Below are positions 1-12,210 of a stretch of DNA of 64,000 nucleotides, piece by piece (the first letter of the stretch is position 1; every line of letters begins with the position of its first letter). Both the position numbers and the translations under genes were made by a program. The stretch is from NCBI RefSeq assembly GCF_001194135.2, contig NC_068986.1, positions 77,858,701 to 77,922,700 of the forward strand. The letters run 5' to 3'. This DNA is from Octopus bimaculoides. Lineage: Eukaryota. Under the pieces are notes generated by a model that searched no databases, had not been told where the DNA came from, and worked only from the letters and a program-made list of their open reading frames with translations.

Positions 1-64
<64 letters not shown>

Positions 65-110
65 CATATATATATACACACATATATATATGTATGTATG
101 CATATATATC
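1..110. repeat. (TA)n / (TACA)n microsatellite
   Basis: Directly visible. Confidence 0.95.
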
Positions 111-608
111 CTCATCATCATCATTATTATTTAAAATCTGCTTTCCATACTGGCATGGCTTGAATGGTTTGACAGGAGCCAATAAGGTTATGAGCTGCAC
201 CAAGCTCCATTGTTTTGATATGGTTTCGCTGGCCAGATGCCCTTCCTAACACCAACTACTTTACAGAATGTACTGGGTGCCTTTTACATGGCACTAGCAT
301 CGGTGCTTTTTATGTTACACCAGCACTGGTGCTTTTTACATGTCACCAGCTCTAGTACTTTATACAGGACAACAGACCGACAAAAACAGCATGGCAAAAC
401 CCCCCTTAGCTGGGGGAGGGAGTAGTAGTGAGTAAGATGGAGATTTTGTGTCAATTGATGAGAGATTAAAGGTATAGGGGCAGGGATAATTGTCTTGCTG
501 TAGAGTAGATAGAGAATAAGATAAAGAGTGTGGCTGAGTCAGAGAGTAAGATAAGGAGAGCAATAATGAGAAAGATGGTGGTGAAAATACATTGGGACTG
601 CCCTAGAG

Positions 609-876
609 CAGGCTGCCACCCCCTTGGTTCTGAGGCTACATTCCTAGTTCTGAGGCTACATTCCTAGTTCTGAGGCTACATTCCCCTTGGTTCCTAGGCT
701 ACATTTCTAGTGCCTCCAACCCACTCACCATCTCAAGCATAGATCATTTTCTGCAGCAAATTCAAAACAACAGTATTTCACAAATGAAACTTAACCTAAT
801 TAACCCTTTATTTTGTTTGCCTTTTTTTTACATCCATTGCTCAGCAGGCTGGTACCACCCACACTGGGAACCACTA
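609..876. mobile_element. hAT (Charlie-like) MITE
   Basis: Perfect 8-bp TSD CCCTAGAG at 601-608 and 877-884. Right end TGGGAACCACTA. Internal 20-bp tandem repeat. Body similar to 58937-59202. Confidence 0.75.
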
Positions 877-1741
877 CCCTAGAGGGACATTTGGGTGGTG
901 AGAATAAGTGGGGTGACTCAAAGGTTTGGGTTTTAGAGTTGACTGAGGTAAAGATGAAGAGGAATATAGAAGAGGCTTGGTGGGCAGGGATTGTAATAGA
1001 TATGTGAAGGCATTGAGGGTGATAGCAGATAAGTGAGGTGTTAATGATGGAGAACAACACAGGGGAGAGAAGATACAGAAGGAGGTGATTGGTGGGGACA
1101 GTAGGTGGAGGAAGATAGTGTGAAAGGGAAGTGATTCAGGGTGGGGAAGGAGGTAACTGCACCTATTCTACTCACAGGTGAAAGAGAAGTGATGGTTAAA
1201 GGGGATGAATGGTGGGGGAAATGATTGAGGGGGCAGAGAGGATGCAGGTGGGCATGAAACAGAACACCTCACAGACAAGCATTAACCAAAGTAGTTTAGG
1301 ATATCAACTCTGCTATGGTGGATGGGTCTTCTTGAGTACAGCAAGGCACCAAATATCTCAGTCTATTGTCATCTTCTTCATAAGACTCAGTGTCTTGAGA
1401 TTGACATTCAGTACTTTGTCTTCTTGGATCTCCCTCTTCCATGAGTTCTATCCACTTTAAGCGATTGTCATTTCTGCAACTGTCCATATCCATATGCATT
1501 ACATTACCAAACCAAGGAAGTCTTCTCTCTTGCACACTGCATCTAATTCCTCTTATGCCTAACTTTTCTCTCAATACACTAGTGCCTTGTTGCATATGTA
1601 CACTGACATTGCACATTCAGCTGAACATTCTAGCTTTATTTCTCTCTAGTCTTTGTATGCCCTCTGCATTCAGGTTCCACATCCTACTACCCTGTAGCAT
1701 TGCTGCTTGTATGCATGCATCATACAATCTTCCTTTCACTT

Positions 1742-1744
<3 letters not shown>

Positions 1745-1818
<74 letters not shown>
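1745..1818. repeat. (GA)n microsatellite, about 37 units, inside LINE coding sequence
   Basis: Directly visible; interrupts the KGLSLRVKGRLY-type motif. Confidence 0.95.
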
Positions 1819-1820
<2 letters not shown>

Positions 1821-1932
1821 TTTGGTTGCCAACAGAGTTAAAAGCTCTCTGAATTTTCTCCAACCTATTCTTATTCTAGTAATTATGTTTTCCATACATC
1901 CTCTCCAACTGCTAGGGTCAGTACCTCTAGGT

Positions 1933-2391
1933 TAGTGCTTCTCAAACTATCTGATGTGGCATACGGGCAGTTTTTTTTCTAATGTGCCAGGGACTTGTAA
2001 TATTTCTTAGCAATATTAATTCATACCAGAAACAATATATATAATGAGTATAATAAAAGCTGAAAATTTGTTTATCATATGTTTATTTTGTAAACAAATA
2101 ATACAATATTACATAAGCATTTTATAAGCACTTTATAAGCTCCACTATCAGAATTGGAGAAATTTCAGGTATGGAAGCAAGGATTAGAATCGAAGGGCTT
2201 TAGAGTCAACCTAGCTAAAACCAAAGTCCTAATAAGTAGGAAGGTAGACAAACCACAACCCCCTTCAGGTAGATAGCCCTGCTCAATCTGTAGAAAAGGC
2301 TTTCTTTCTTTTCTGTAAACTCGCCGTGTACCGGTAGCTGATGGCTCGCAGACCGGCACTGGTTCACGGATCACTACTTTGAGTAGCACTG
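1933..2391. mobile_element. hAT (Charlie-like) MITE inserted in the RTE LINE
   Basis: TIRs TAGTGCTTCTCAAA / TTTGAGTAGCACTG. Perfect 8-bp TSD CTCTAGGT at 1925-1932 and 2392-2399. The LINE reading frame resumes on both sides. Confidence 0.85.
2165..2310 (+). mobile_element. RTE LINE RT fragment inside the hAT MITE
   Basis: Translates FQVWKQGLESKGFRVNLAKTKVLISRKVDKP, similar to the minus-strand relic near 3040 (WEQNLEPKGL). Confidence 0.75.
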
Positions 2392-2680
2392 CTCTAGGTA
2401 ACAGATATTATCCACTGCATCTAAAGAGTCTCCAGGGTAAGTGAGAATATCAATTTCCCAAGTATCAGTAGTTTTTATGGCTCCTGAATATCTTCCACAT
2501 ACAGATACTATTTTCTTTGATAACCTTGTTATTATTCCATTGCACCTTTTGTGTGTCCATAACTTGCAGTGAGTACACCATATAGAATTACTGTCTGCAC
2601 CTATCCTATATATTAAGTAGGGTCATTTACCTGATCAGTGTAGGGTCCTATCCATTTTCTTGCTTACTATGACCTTAGTG

Positions 2681-3025
2681 TGAAGGTGCATGGCTCAGAG
2701 GTTAAAGCGTCGAGGTTACGATCGTGAGGTTGTGAGTTCAATTCCCAGACCAGACTGTGTGTTGTGTTCTTGAGCAAGACACTTTATTTCACGTTGCTCC
2801 AGTTAACTCAACTGTAGAAATGAGTTGCGACATCACAGGTGCCAAACTGTATTGGCCTTTGCCTTTCCCTTGGATAACATCAGTGGTGTGGATAGGGGAG
2901 GCTGGTATGCATGGGCGACTGCTAGCTTTCCACAAACAATCTTGCCCGGACTTGTGCCTCGGAAGGTAACTTTCTAGATGCAATCCCATGGTCATTCATG
3001 ACCGAAGTGGGGGGGGGGGTCTCCT
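2681..3025 (+). mobile_element. tRNA-derived SINE
   Basis: Head GCATGGCTCAGAGGTTAAAGCG with B-box-like GAGTTCAATTCCC. Related heads occur at about 24470 and, reversed, about 4050. Ends approximate. Confidence 0.75.
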
Positions 3026-3659
3026 TTGCTAAGTTAATCTTAAGGCCCTTTGGTTCTAGATTTTGTTCCCACACATGGAATTCTTTTCTAGTTCTTTTAT
3101 AGAATCTGCTATGACCAAGACCATCAACATATAGCAGTACCCAAGGATAGCCAGTCTTGAATTCCTCTATTATGGCCTGAAGGACAATGGTGAATAGGAG
3201 GTAACTGAAAACTGTACTCTGATGAATGCCTACCTATACACGTAATTCTTCACTGTACTCATAGTTATCTCTCATCTTACTGACAGAACCTCTGTACATG
3301 ACCTGTACAGCTTTCACAAGCCACTTGTCTACCTCTAGCTTCCTCAAAGCCCATCATGTCACTCAGAAGAGTACTCTGTCAAAGGCTTTATTTTTATTTT
3401 TTACTTGTTTCAGTCATTAGACTGCAGCCATGCTGAAGCACTGCCTTGAAGTATTAGGCAAACAAATTGACTCCAGTATTTATATATTTTTTTATAGCCT
3501 GGTATATTTTCCTTTGGACTGTTTTTTGCCAAATTGCTAAGTTACTAGGACATAAACAAGCCAACACTGATTGTCAACTGTAATCTAGTAGTTTGGTAAA
3601 AGAGACCAGACTTTAAAAAGTAGCAGACTTTAAAAAAATAAGGACTAGGGTCAAATTGT

Positions 3660-4062
3660 TAGACTAAAAACCTGTCAAGGCAGTGCCCGAGCTCATTGAC
3701 TGAAAAAAATTAAAAGGCAAAAAAGAAAGCTTCAATAATTCTATGAACCATGGGAACCCATGCAACAGTAGAGATATCTTCTCAGCAAGATTATTAGTAA
3801 GGTAAAGGTAAAGTTTCCTTCTTGAGTTATGCTGACCCACGAGGGCTGGTTTCCTAGTTTCCATGGTGCCTGCACATTCCCCAACTGGATGGGATGCTGG
3901 TCCATTGCAGGATTACTCAGTTTTGCCAGCTGAGTGAACTGGAGCAATGTGAAATGTAGTGTTTTGCTCAAGAACACAATGTGTTGCCTGGTCCAGGAAT
4001 CGAAACCATAATCATATGATCATGAGTCCAACATAATAACCACTGGGCCATGTGCCTCCACA
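3660..4062 (-). mobile_element. tRNA-derived SINE
   Basis: Reverse-complement head GTGGAGGCACATGGCCCAG...GGTTTCGATTCCTGG; (TTTACC)-like tail. Ends approximate. Confidence 0.65.
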
Positions 4063-5149
4063 GCAGGATTATTAGGCATATCTTTGTTGTAGCACCAATT
4101 ATCTCAAAGAAAATTTGACAGGAAATCTGCTACTAGTCATCTCAGACCTTGGTAATTAACATGAGTTATTGTTCTTACTTCCAATATATCAAACATGTTA
4201 GCGACAGTTATAAACTACAACACAATGTTGTAATAGAACTGTATTTTTTTGCTGTAAAACCATATCTCAACTGGAATGCAAATTGCTCTAACAAACTTGA
4301 CCAAGCCACTGTCTTTGTGACCAAATTCTTGTCAGAAGTTTGAAATGTCAAATTGAATTGAGTTGAAGATATTCATCCACTTCAACTAAAATTGTTGCAT
4401 TGAACTTCTATTAGAACAACAAAAACATCAACTACACAAGCTAATAAAAAAGGACAGGATTGTCATGCTTGAACATCTTTGTATGCAGTCAAGGCTATCC
4501 TGAAGATAAGCAATGACAACAACAATATCAATAATGATAGCAACCATGTCTTGATTTTTTTTATTGTTGCTTGAGAGGTTGATGGGTAAGGCAGGAGGAG
4601 TTTAAGGAAAGGATGGAAACTGTTGTTGTAGTCCCTCCAGGCTTAAGATCAAGGGCGCTCCAGCCATGACCATTCCATCATTATTTCAGGCAGTGTAGCA
4701 AGAATTATCTTAATCATTGTGTCCCTTCTATTTTTTTAAAGACAAATAAGTTAAGATTGGAGGTTTATTTAGCTGCTATTTCTAGCCAGTCAACAATATC
4801 CATAATTGGGTATCTTGAATGGACAGTTACATTTCCTAAATAACTGGTCTACTATCATGGATATCCTTTTAGATAAATTATTTGTGTAGGCTGATAACTT
4901 ATTTAGATAAATGCTGCCATTTCCTCACACTTAAATACAACGGACAGCTTGAAACTATTCAATTCATGACAAACTGAGTTAGGAAAAGTGATTTTTGACT
5001 TGCAGTTAAGACTGTATAATGCCAGATTTTCAGTAGCTGGTTGTTTAGTTTTATCTCTGTATGTTTACTTCTAAATAAGCATAATATTGAATTCATTTCC
5101 ACTTTTATTTAATCTTTAGAATTCTCTTTTCTTTGTTTTTCACATTATC

Positions 5150-6150
5150 AACATCAGCAACCCAAGACGCTCACATTTCCCTTATGCCCTTCACTCCCAA
5201 TGGAACATTAGCAATCTTTACTGTTGTCAACTCTAGGCTGTCTTCACTCCTCTCCAGTTAGATCTCTGCTTTTTCAGCTCTGCTTCAGTTTTATGGTATT
5301 TTCTCTTCCACCTTCTTTGTGGTTTCTTAAATTTCCCAGAAGGAAGGCTATCCTTTTTCAGGTCTTGGTTTTGAATTGTCATCGATGCTTCTGTAACTTT
5401 TTTCTTAGTAGGAATGTTGGTCTTATGCATACCCATTTTTAACCTCTGGAAAGTTGTCCATATTAGTTTGGCTTGGCCTCTATTCTTTGATTTGTCCAAC
5501 ATGGAAGCCACTTACCATGAGCTTGCACCCTACTAACATAGCTCTCAATGTCATTGAAACACACAAGCCACTACATTGTGACAAAAACTGGACCTGATGG
5601 TGACAAGACGCTGACTGCATTACCACAAATGGTCATGAGAAAGCAGAGATGCTGGAACAGTCATGTGCTCTCCCAAACTTCACCTGATGCTTTGATGAGA
5701 TGAGATGCTAAAAAAGTCTAGAACTTTGTGTTTAGTTGTCATGCTCCTTAAAATGTCTCAAATACCATGAGTTGCAAAATGTATCATACCTGCAGCTATT
5801 GATAGTTCTAAAGCTTGTTCTATTCAAGCACAATTGTGATAGATTCCTAATTCCATTGCAGCATTTAGAATGTGCAAGGGGTGAAAGAATCACTTAATGT
5901 AGCATCCCATGTAAGGCATCTACCTCTAACTCAAAGAAAAGACGAAGACCATTGGGTCTTTCTCTATCATCTATGGATACATGAATAGTAGGGAAAGATC
6001 CAATGTTGACCACCTGTGGGATTCATCCTGTATCCTACAGGAGTATCAAAATTGTCTCTTGTCTTTTGTCTTTAAATCTAAGTGATGCCTTCAAAAAATG
6101 AACTTAGTCTGTTCAAAAGTAAATAATTATATCAATAGCTTTTCACTGAT
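5150..6150 (-). mobile_element. Highly decayed non-LTR retrotransposon RT relic
   Basis: Faint IPQ...IDD...LRLF similarity to the GVPQG...NDL...ADD region, with many stops and frameshifts. Confidence 0.35.
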
Positions 6151-6705
6151 TCCTTTTAACCTACATACCTAAGACTTTATGGCTAATGACTAATTTATTG
6201 GAAGTTAGGGTTTAAAGCATATAATTTCTGATAAAACATTGGTCGTTATGAAATTCATGCATGATACTCATTTGTTAGGAAAGAAATATATGGCTTACAT
6301 GAATTTGAAATTCCAGGAAATATACAGACTTGTTTTGCTAAAGTGACTGAATTAGAACAACAGAAAATCTATACACACAAAGTAAACAAAAAATACAAAA
6401 TTTACATAAAACATAGGGAAATTTACAATGAAAGTTGAGAAATCTCTGGAAAGCCTATGAACAATAGAGAATCGTTTCACGAAAAAAAAAACCCACTGCA
6501 ACTAAACTATTACAATGTATAAAGTAGGAGACTAAAATATAAAAAGCAGGACATAGTACAAAACTACATGCAAAGTTGAAATTAAAATATCTCACTCCAC
6601 AACTTGCTAAGGTTCTTTAAGCACATTAAAAACAGCAGGAAAAACTTTTAAGAAAACTGAAGGAAAAAGAATGGATGGGACAAGAGGAGACACATGGGGC
6701 AGAAA

Positions 6706-6748
6706 GTCACTGAAGAGGTCACAGAATGTAGGATGAAAGAACTCTGAC
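6706..6748 (+). ncRNA. Type I hammerhead-like motif (relic)
   Basis: GTCA CTGAAGA ggtcacagaatgtaggat GAAA gaac TC TGAC: 4-bp helix I, imperfect helix II, 2-bp helix III, CUC triplet. Followed by AATAAA and (AAT)n. Confidence 0.45.
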
Positions 6749-7229
6749 AAATAAACTAATAATAATAATAATAATACAGTGAAGATCGAATAAATAGTGT
6801 GTGTGTGTTTAATTGGCAAAAGATGACAATCCCCAAATATAACAATAAAGGGAAAAGATTTATAGAAATAAATATAATAAAGATTTTAAATTGTAATAAT
6901 TATAATGGTTGGTATCAATCAGCAACAATTTATCATGGAAAAATAAAACATCGTACATGAACCAATGGGGGAGCTTCTATGTAGTTAGTTGATCAATCTG
7001 TTTGAAACATCAGTCAGATATCCTTCAAATTGTATCTTATTATCTTAAAAAAACCTCTGAGAAGCTGAATTAGATGATATGATTATGGATATGTGTTTTT
7101 GGAGGAATCTAGCAGTAATTGTTAGTGGCTTTCAAAGTAAAGGGCAGATAAAATAAATTAAGAGTTAATCTCTGAAGGTTAATTTACATGCTTAAGGGAA
7201 GAAATATCTAATCTTCATTTTAAGAAATA

Positions 7230-7270
7230 ACTATAGCATGTTTCAGCCTATTAGATTTCATCAGCATAGC
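7230..7270 (-). ncRNA. Type I hammerhead-like motif (relic)
   Basis: Minus strand GCTATG CTGATGA aatctaataggct GAAA catgc TATAGT. Helix I has 6 pairs including 2 G-U. U16.1 appears to be lost. Confidence 0.45.
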
Positions 7271-10200
7271 GTTGTCTATCCAAGCCTGCCTGATCAGTTG
7301 ACAAATATTTCTACGTATTGACAAAAAGTGTTGACATTTAGTTTATAGCTTTATCACTTTATAGTTATCAGTTAAAGTATCTATAAAAACTGGGAAGAAG
7401 AGAAAATGTGCAAGAGAAAGAAATGAGAAAAATAGCTATTTAGAAATAGCCATTTATGACAGAAGTCTTTTTCAATTTCATGTTGCAGGACAAGCCCATA
7501 ATTTGTTATATAGATAGGGGAGATTTCAGGGTTGCTGCTTAAAGGAAATAATGTTATTTTTTTTAAAGCTGGAGCCATCATTAACAAGATGGAGCTTAGT
7601 TAATATAATAATATCATGTATAGTTTTAATTAAAAAGAGAAGTAAAATTTTCATAAAATACTATTAAAACATAAAATAATGGCTTACAGAAAATAAACAA
7701 AAAACAAAAAGCAAAAAAATAAGTGAATTATTCTAGAATATATCTAAATTTGAAAAAAAAATCTTATATAGTGATATAATAGAAAATATAATAGGAAGCT
7801 TCTTATTAAAGATGAATAAAATCAAAAATTATTTTTTAATTGATTTCTTGTAAGTCACTAAAGAGTGTTTTTCACTTGTTTTTCTTTCAACAGAATGTTG
7901 ATATTAACATCATAACTGCTGCTTCTATTATCCCCACAATTGCTTTGTAATGTAAGACTCTATTAATTTTACTGAAAATTAGATATAAGTCTTCACTATT
8001 TACAGATAGGCTTTAAAAAAGTATATTCACCAATAAAACATGGCCTAATAATTCTTGCAAATGACCAAATTACCAGAACTATACACTTTATGAAAAGAAG
8101 TAACAATGAATAAGAAAGAATGTGTAAGTTAAAAAATAAAAACAACAACTCCCCCATCCCCCACCACACACACACACACACACACAAATCCAAAATACTG
8201 AATAAAGTTAAAAAAATAAAAATAATAATAACAAAAAATAAAAACTCAAAATTCAACATCCAGATGTTATTTTGAGCATGAACCTAAAGGAGTCTTCCAA
8301 TTATCTATGTTTTACAATGCAAAACTCTGACAGTCTTACTATTTTTAGCTGTCAGGGCCTCAGTTTGTCATATTTTTCTTATTATAAACTATAATGGCAC
8401 AATTCTGGGAAGTGCATCTCTTCCCATAATTTAGCTATAATCAGTAAAAAAAATGTATAATGATAGGCTGCATTAATCATTGCTAAATAAAATTTATTTC
8501 AATGGACATTGTTCCATCAATTTGAGTAGATTCATAGTATATAGACCTATATAGTATAAGCTATAATTTAAAAATACTAAATATAGACATACTTTTATTT
8601 GGACTTATTGTAGCATACAACACATTCTGTAGTAATGTTTCTGAAAGTAATGAAAAGAAGAAAAGAAAAAGAAAAACCACAACTAAAATCCATAATAAAT
8701 AGCCTTGCCCTAAACAATATAATTTTCCTCTTCTTATAGCACACAAGTATATTTAAGTCTCTAAACTGTATTTTCTACTTGCTTATGGTAGTAGGCAATA
8801 AAGAAATCGTATCAGGTAAGTTGAACTCCATTTGATATTCAAAGATGTTTTTGTATGACCAAAGAAGTATTTGGATAACTTATAAATATCTATGTGTACC
8901 AATACTGGGTATTGTCTGATCAATTCTAATCAAGTATCAAGTAAACAAACCAATGTATTGGAGGCACCAAAGACAACTGACATCATACATTTGCAAGATT
9001 TTAGGCTAAGAGTTTGCAAGGGCAGCTACTTCTCAATGAAGTGAATTAGGGAAATGTGAAATGAAGTGCTTTGCCCAAAGACACAATGCACCACCCATTC
9101 CAAGAATCCAGCTCATAAACATGATCATGAGTTTATACCCTAACTACATCACACTCCTTCACAGATCAAGCAGATCTATGATGACCAAAGATGTTTCAAC
9201 TATGACCATCCTTTTTAGTGTTGTAAGGAGTATTATCTAGGACTACATTATTCACTGTCTCCTTTCTCCTTTTTAAGATAGTAGAGTGTTATTTCAGGTA
9301 GATTTGGTTGCTACTTTTAGCAAGTTGGACAATGATACAAAGGCTTCATCACTGGCTCAAGCTATGTATGTTGTAGCTTACCTCCAAGACACCTCTGATC
9401 GACAAAACTTATCTGTCATCAAAAGTATGACAGTTGTGACCTTCCTGTCTTTTATCTATATGTAGGAAACCCAAAAGATGGTAGAGCGTGATTTTACGGA
9501 AATTTGATCACTATTTCTAACGAGTCAAATGACTATATATAAGTTCCCCGTTATATTTACTTGTCTAAAGTTTTAATATTGTTGATAACTAGATTTTCTC
9601 AATTGGACAGATTAGTATATTGAATGTTTTATTATTTTTTTTTAGTCTGTGATAATTTTGAAGTTAACTTCAATACACTTTCACCATAACTGTTTTTATT
9701 GAATCAAATTACAATAACAAACAAATTTAATCCAGTTTTATTCTGAGCAACATTTGCAATGAACTATAGACAACCAATTTTGTAGTTAGGTCTAGTTATA
9801 TCTGTTAAGCCTGAATATGCAAATATGTTAATTTTATCAACCCTGGAGAAAAGAAAATCTCCTGGAACTGAATATGTTAGTGACAAATTCTAACTGTATT
9901 CTGCCTTTATATAAATAACCTGTCATTTTAGAGAACATGTCACAGATGCTGCTAACTGTTGCCAAAGCTAAATCTCACTTTTTATAACCTATGGTTTATC
10001 TCAGTGTTTTCTGATCTGAATGGATTACAGGAATTCACCCAGCCATGGCCACCCTGTCTTATTTTAAGATATAGTATATCTAAGATTATCAAGTATGCTT
10101 TTCCTTTACTTAAGATGGTAGGATGTCATTCAAGTGAGATTTGGATGCTAATTCTAGTAGGCCAAACACCCATGTACAGGCTTTCATTTTGATTCAACAC

Positions 10201-11698
10201 CCCTCTTTCCAAGTATACTTATTTTAGTATGAGCGAATGCATTTATAAATAATAGCACTTAATACATCATCATCATCATTTGACATCCATATTTCATGCT
10301 GACATAGGTTGAGTGGATTTTACAAATCTGAAGGGTATGAGAACTGCATTGTACTCCAATGACCGCTTTGATGTGGTTTCTATGGCTGGATGTTCTTCCA
10401 AATGCCAAATCCTTTACAACATGTAATTTGAAACACTACAATCCCCTTGAAGTGAGTGGGGCTATATTGGGCTAAAAAAAACCTTTGGTCAGACAAAAAG
10501 GTAGAAAAGTTACCCACAGGTTATGGTGGATGTGTAATGCCAGTAGCATTTCCACTTTTTCCAGTCCAAACATTTTTTAAACTCGATGTATTATGAACTA
10601 TTGTTTATAACTGAATTCACATCCATGATATATCATTAGAAGAATTTATTTTCATTTTTCTAAACAGCTTAAAAATTTAGATGTAAATAAAGTGAAAGAG
10701 AATGCAGAGTGATGGGTCATGAATATATGTGGACTGTTCAGGTTGTGAGGAACATTGTAGGAACAGTTCTGTGACGAATTGCCAGAATCATTTGAATGTC
10801 AGCTACAATGTCTTGCAATATTTTTTCTGACTAAAGTGGTGAGCTGGTAGAATCATTAGCACACTAGGCAAAATGCTTGGTGGCATTTTGTCCATCTTTA
10901 CGTTCTGAGTTCAAATTCTGCTGAAGTTAACTTTGCCTTTCATCCTTTTGGGAGTCAGTAAAACAAGTTCCAGATGAGCACTGAGGTCAATGTAATCGAC
11001 TTACCCACTCCCTCAAAATTGCTGGACCTGTGCCAAAATTTGAAACCAATGTTTGTTCTAACTTACTGCACCCAGGTATCAATTCCCACTGAAGTCAACT
11101 TTACATTTTTATCTTTTCAGGAGGGGGTCAGTGAATTAAGTGCCAGTCAAGGATTGTAGTGAGTGGAATTGTTAGAGTGTAGTTGAGATGCCTTGTCATT
11201 TCTGTTTTGGCTCATTGGATTCTGATGGTAATACCAGCAATGAAACTGATGCCAAGCTGTACTGCCTCTTGCCTTTTCTTCGATCAACAACGACAGTATA
11301 GAAAGGGATGCAAGTCAAATGTGCATGGGCAACTGCTGGTGTTACATAATAAAATATGATAAATATATTGTCCAGGCCTGCAACTTGGAAAGAAACTTCC
11401 TGGATGCAGTTCCATGATCTCATGAGCTATACAGTCCTGGAATGAGTATTGTTGAAAGAAACAAAATAAAGATGGAGGAGATACGTGCCTGTTTTAGCAT
11501 TTCAGTTGATGTTAAGGAGCAGTCAGAAAGTTCAGAGGTACTAAATAATTGATACAACATATTAAGGAATTAGTGAACCAGACATTGGTGATATAGTGAG
11601 TAGGTTGGTCTGTTGAATGACTTTTCTGAATTTGGCCTGAATTGCTCTTAGTATTTGTATATAAATTCATATACGGTACATACATGAATTATGTGTCT

Positions 11699-11758
11699 GT
11701 ATCTTATACCACCATTATGTATCTTATACCACCATTATGTATCTTATACCACCATTAT
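11699..11758. repeat. 20-bp tandem repeat, three copies (GTATCTTATACCACCATTAT)
   Basis: Directly visible. Confidence 0.9.
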
Positions 11759-11889
11759 TATTAGTAAAGAGAGATGTGTTTATCAATGCAGATAAAATTT
11801 ATCACATCAGACTTCCTATATATTAGAGTAAAAAAAAGATAATCTTTTTTCTGTCTTTCTACAATCATGGACATAGCATAATTATTCAT

Positions 11890-12210
11890 ATGCATGCAGG
11901 CATGTATTTTAGTAGATATAGTTGTGTATACACATATATCTACACTTATATGCACTCACATACACAAATCTAAACACAGATGCACACATACACACAAACG
12001 CTCACGTACACACTCACATATATTCATATATACAAATACAAATGCACTTAACTTTCCACTCACATGTAAATGCAAACATACATGCATGCATTCATGCATA
12101 TACAATCATACAAGCCCTCACATATCGATTAACATATACATGCAAACCCATGTGCACAACCTCATACACATGTGCATATGTCTATATTATATATGTATGC
12201 CTATATATGT
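11890..12210. repeat. CA/TA low-complexity tract
   Basis: Directly visible; similar tracts at 14260-14460 and 54446-54830. Confidence 0.85.

Larger units (their letters stand above)
111..3390 (-). mobile_element. Degraded RTE-clade LINE (RT domain to 3' tail) with nested insertions
   Basis: Minus-strand translation gives KAFDRV (about 3385), PWVLLYVDG (YADD-like, about 3140), VDNICYL (about 2400), GWRKFRELL...KGRLYDACIQAAMLQGS and RRLPWFGNVMHMD. A (CAT)n tail lies at 111-125. Assigning 111-1130 to the same copy is inference. Confidence 0.8.

Noticed and set aside
628-700. 20-bp repeats that might suggest a CRISPR-like array
   Set aside because: The repeats are contiguous with no spacers, inside a eukaryotic MITE.
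2681-2760. tRNA-like sequences (also near 4050, 18700, 63500 and 63720)
   Set aside because: They have A/B boxes but no full cloverleaf and run into SINE bodies, so they are SINE heads, not tRNA genes.
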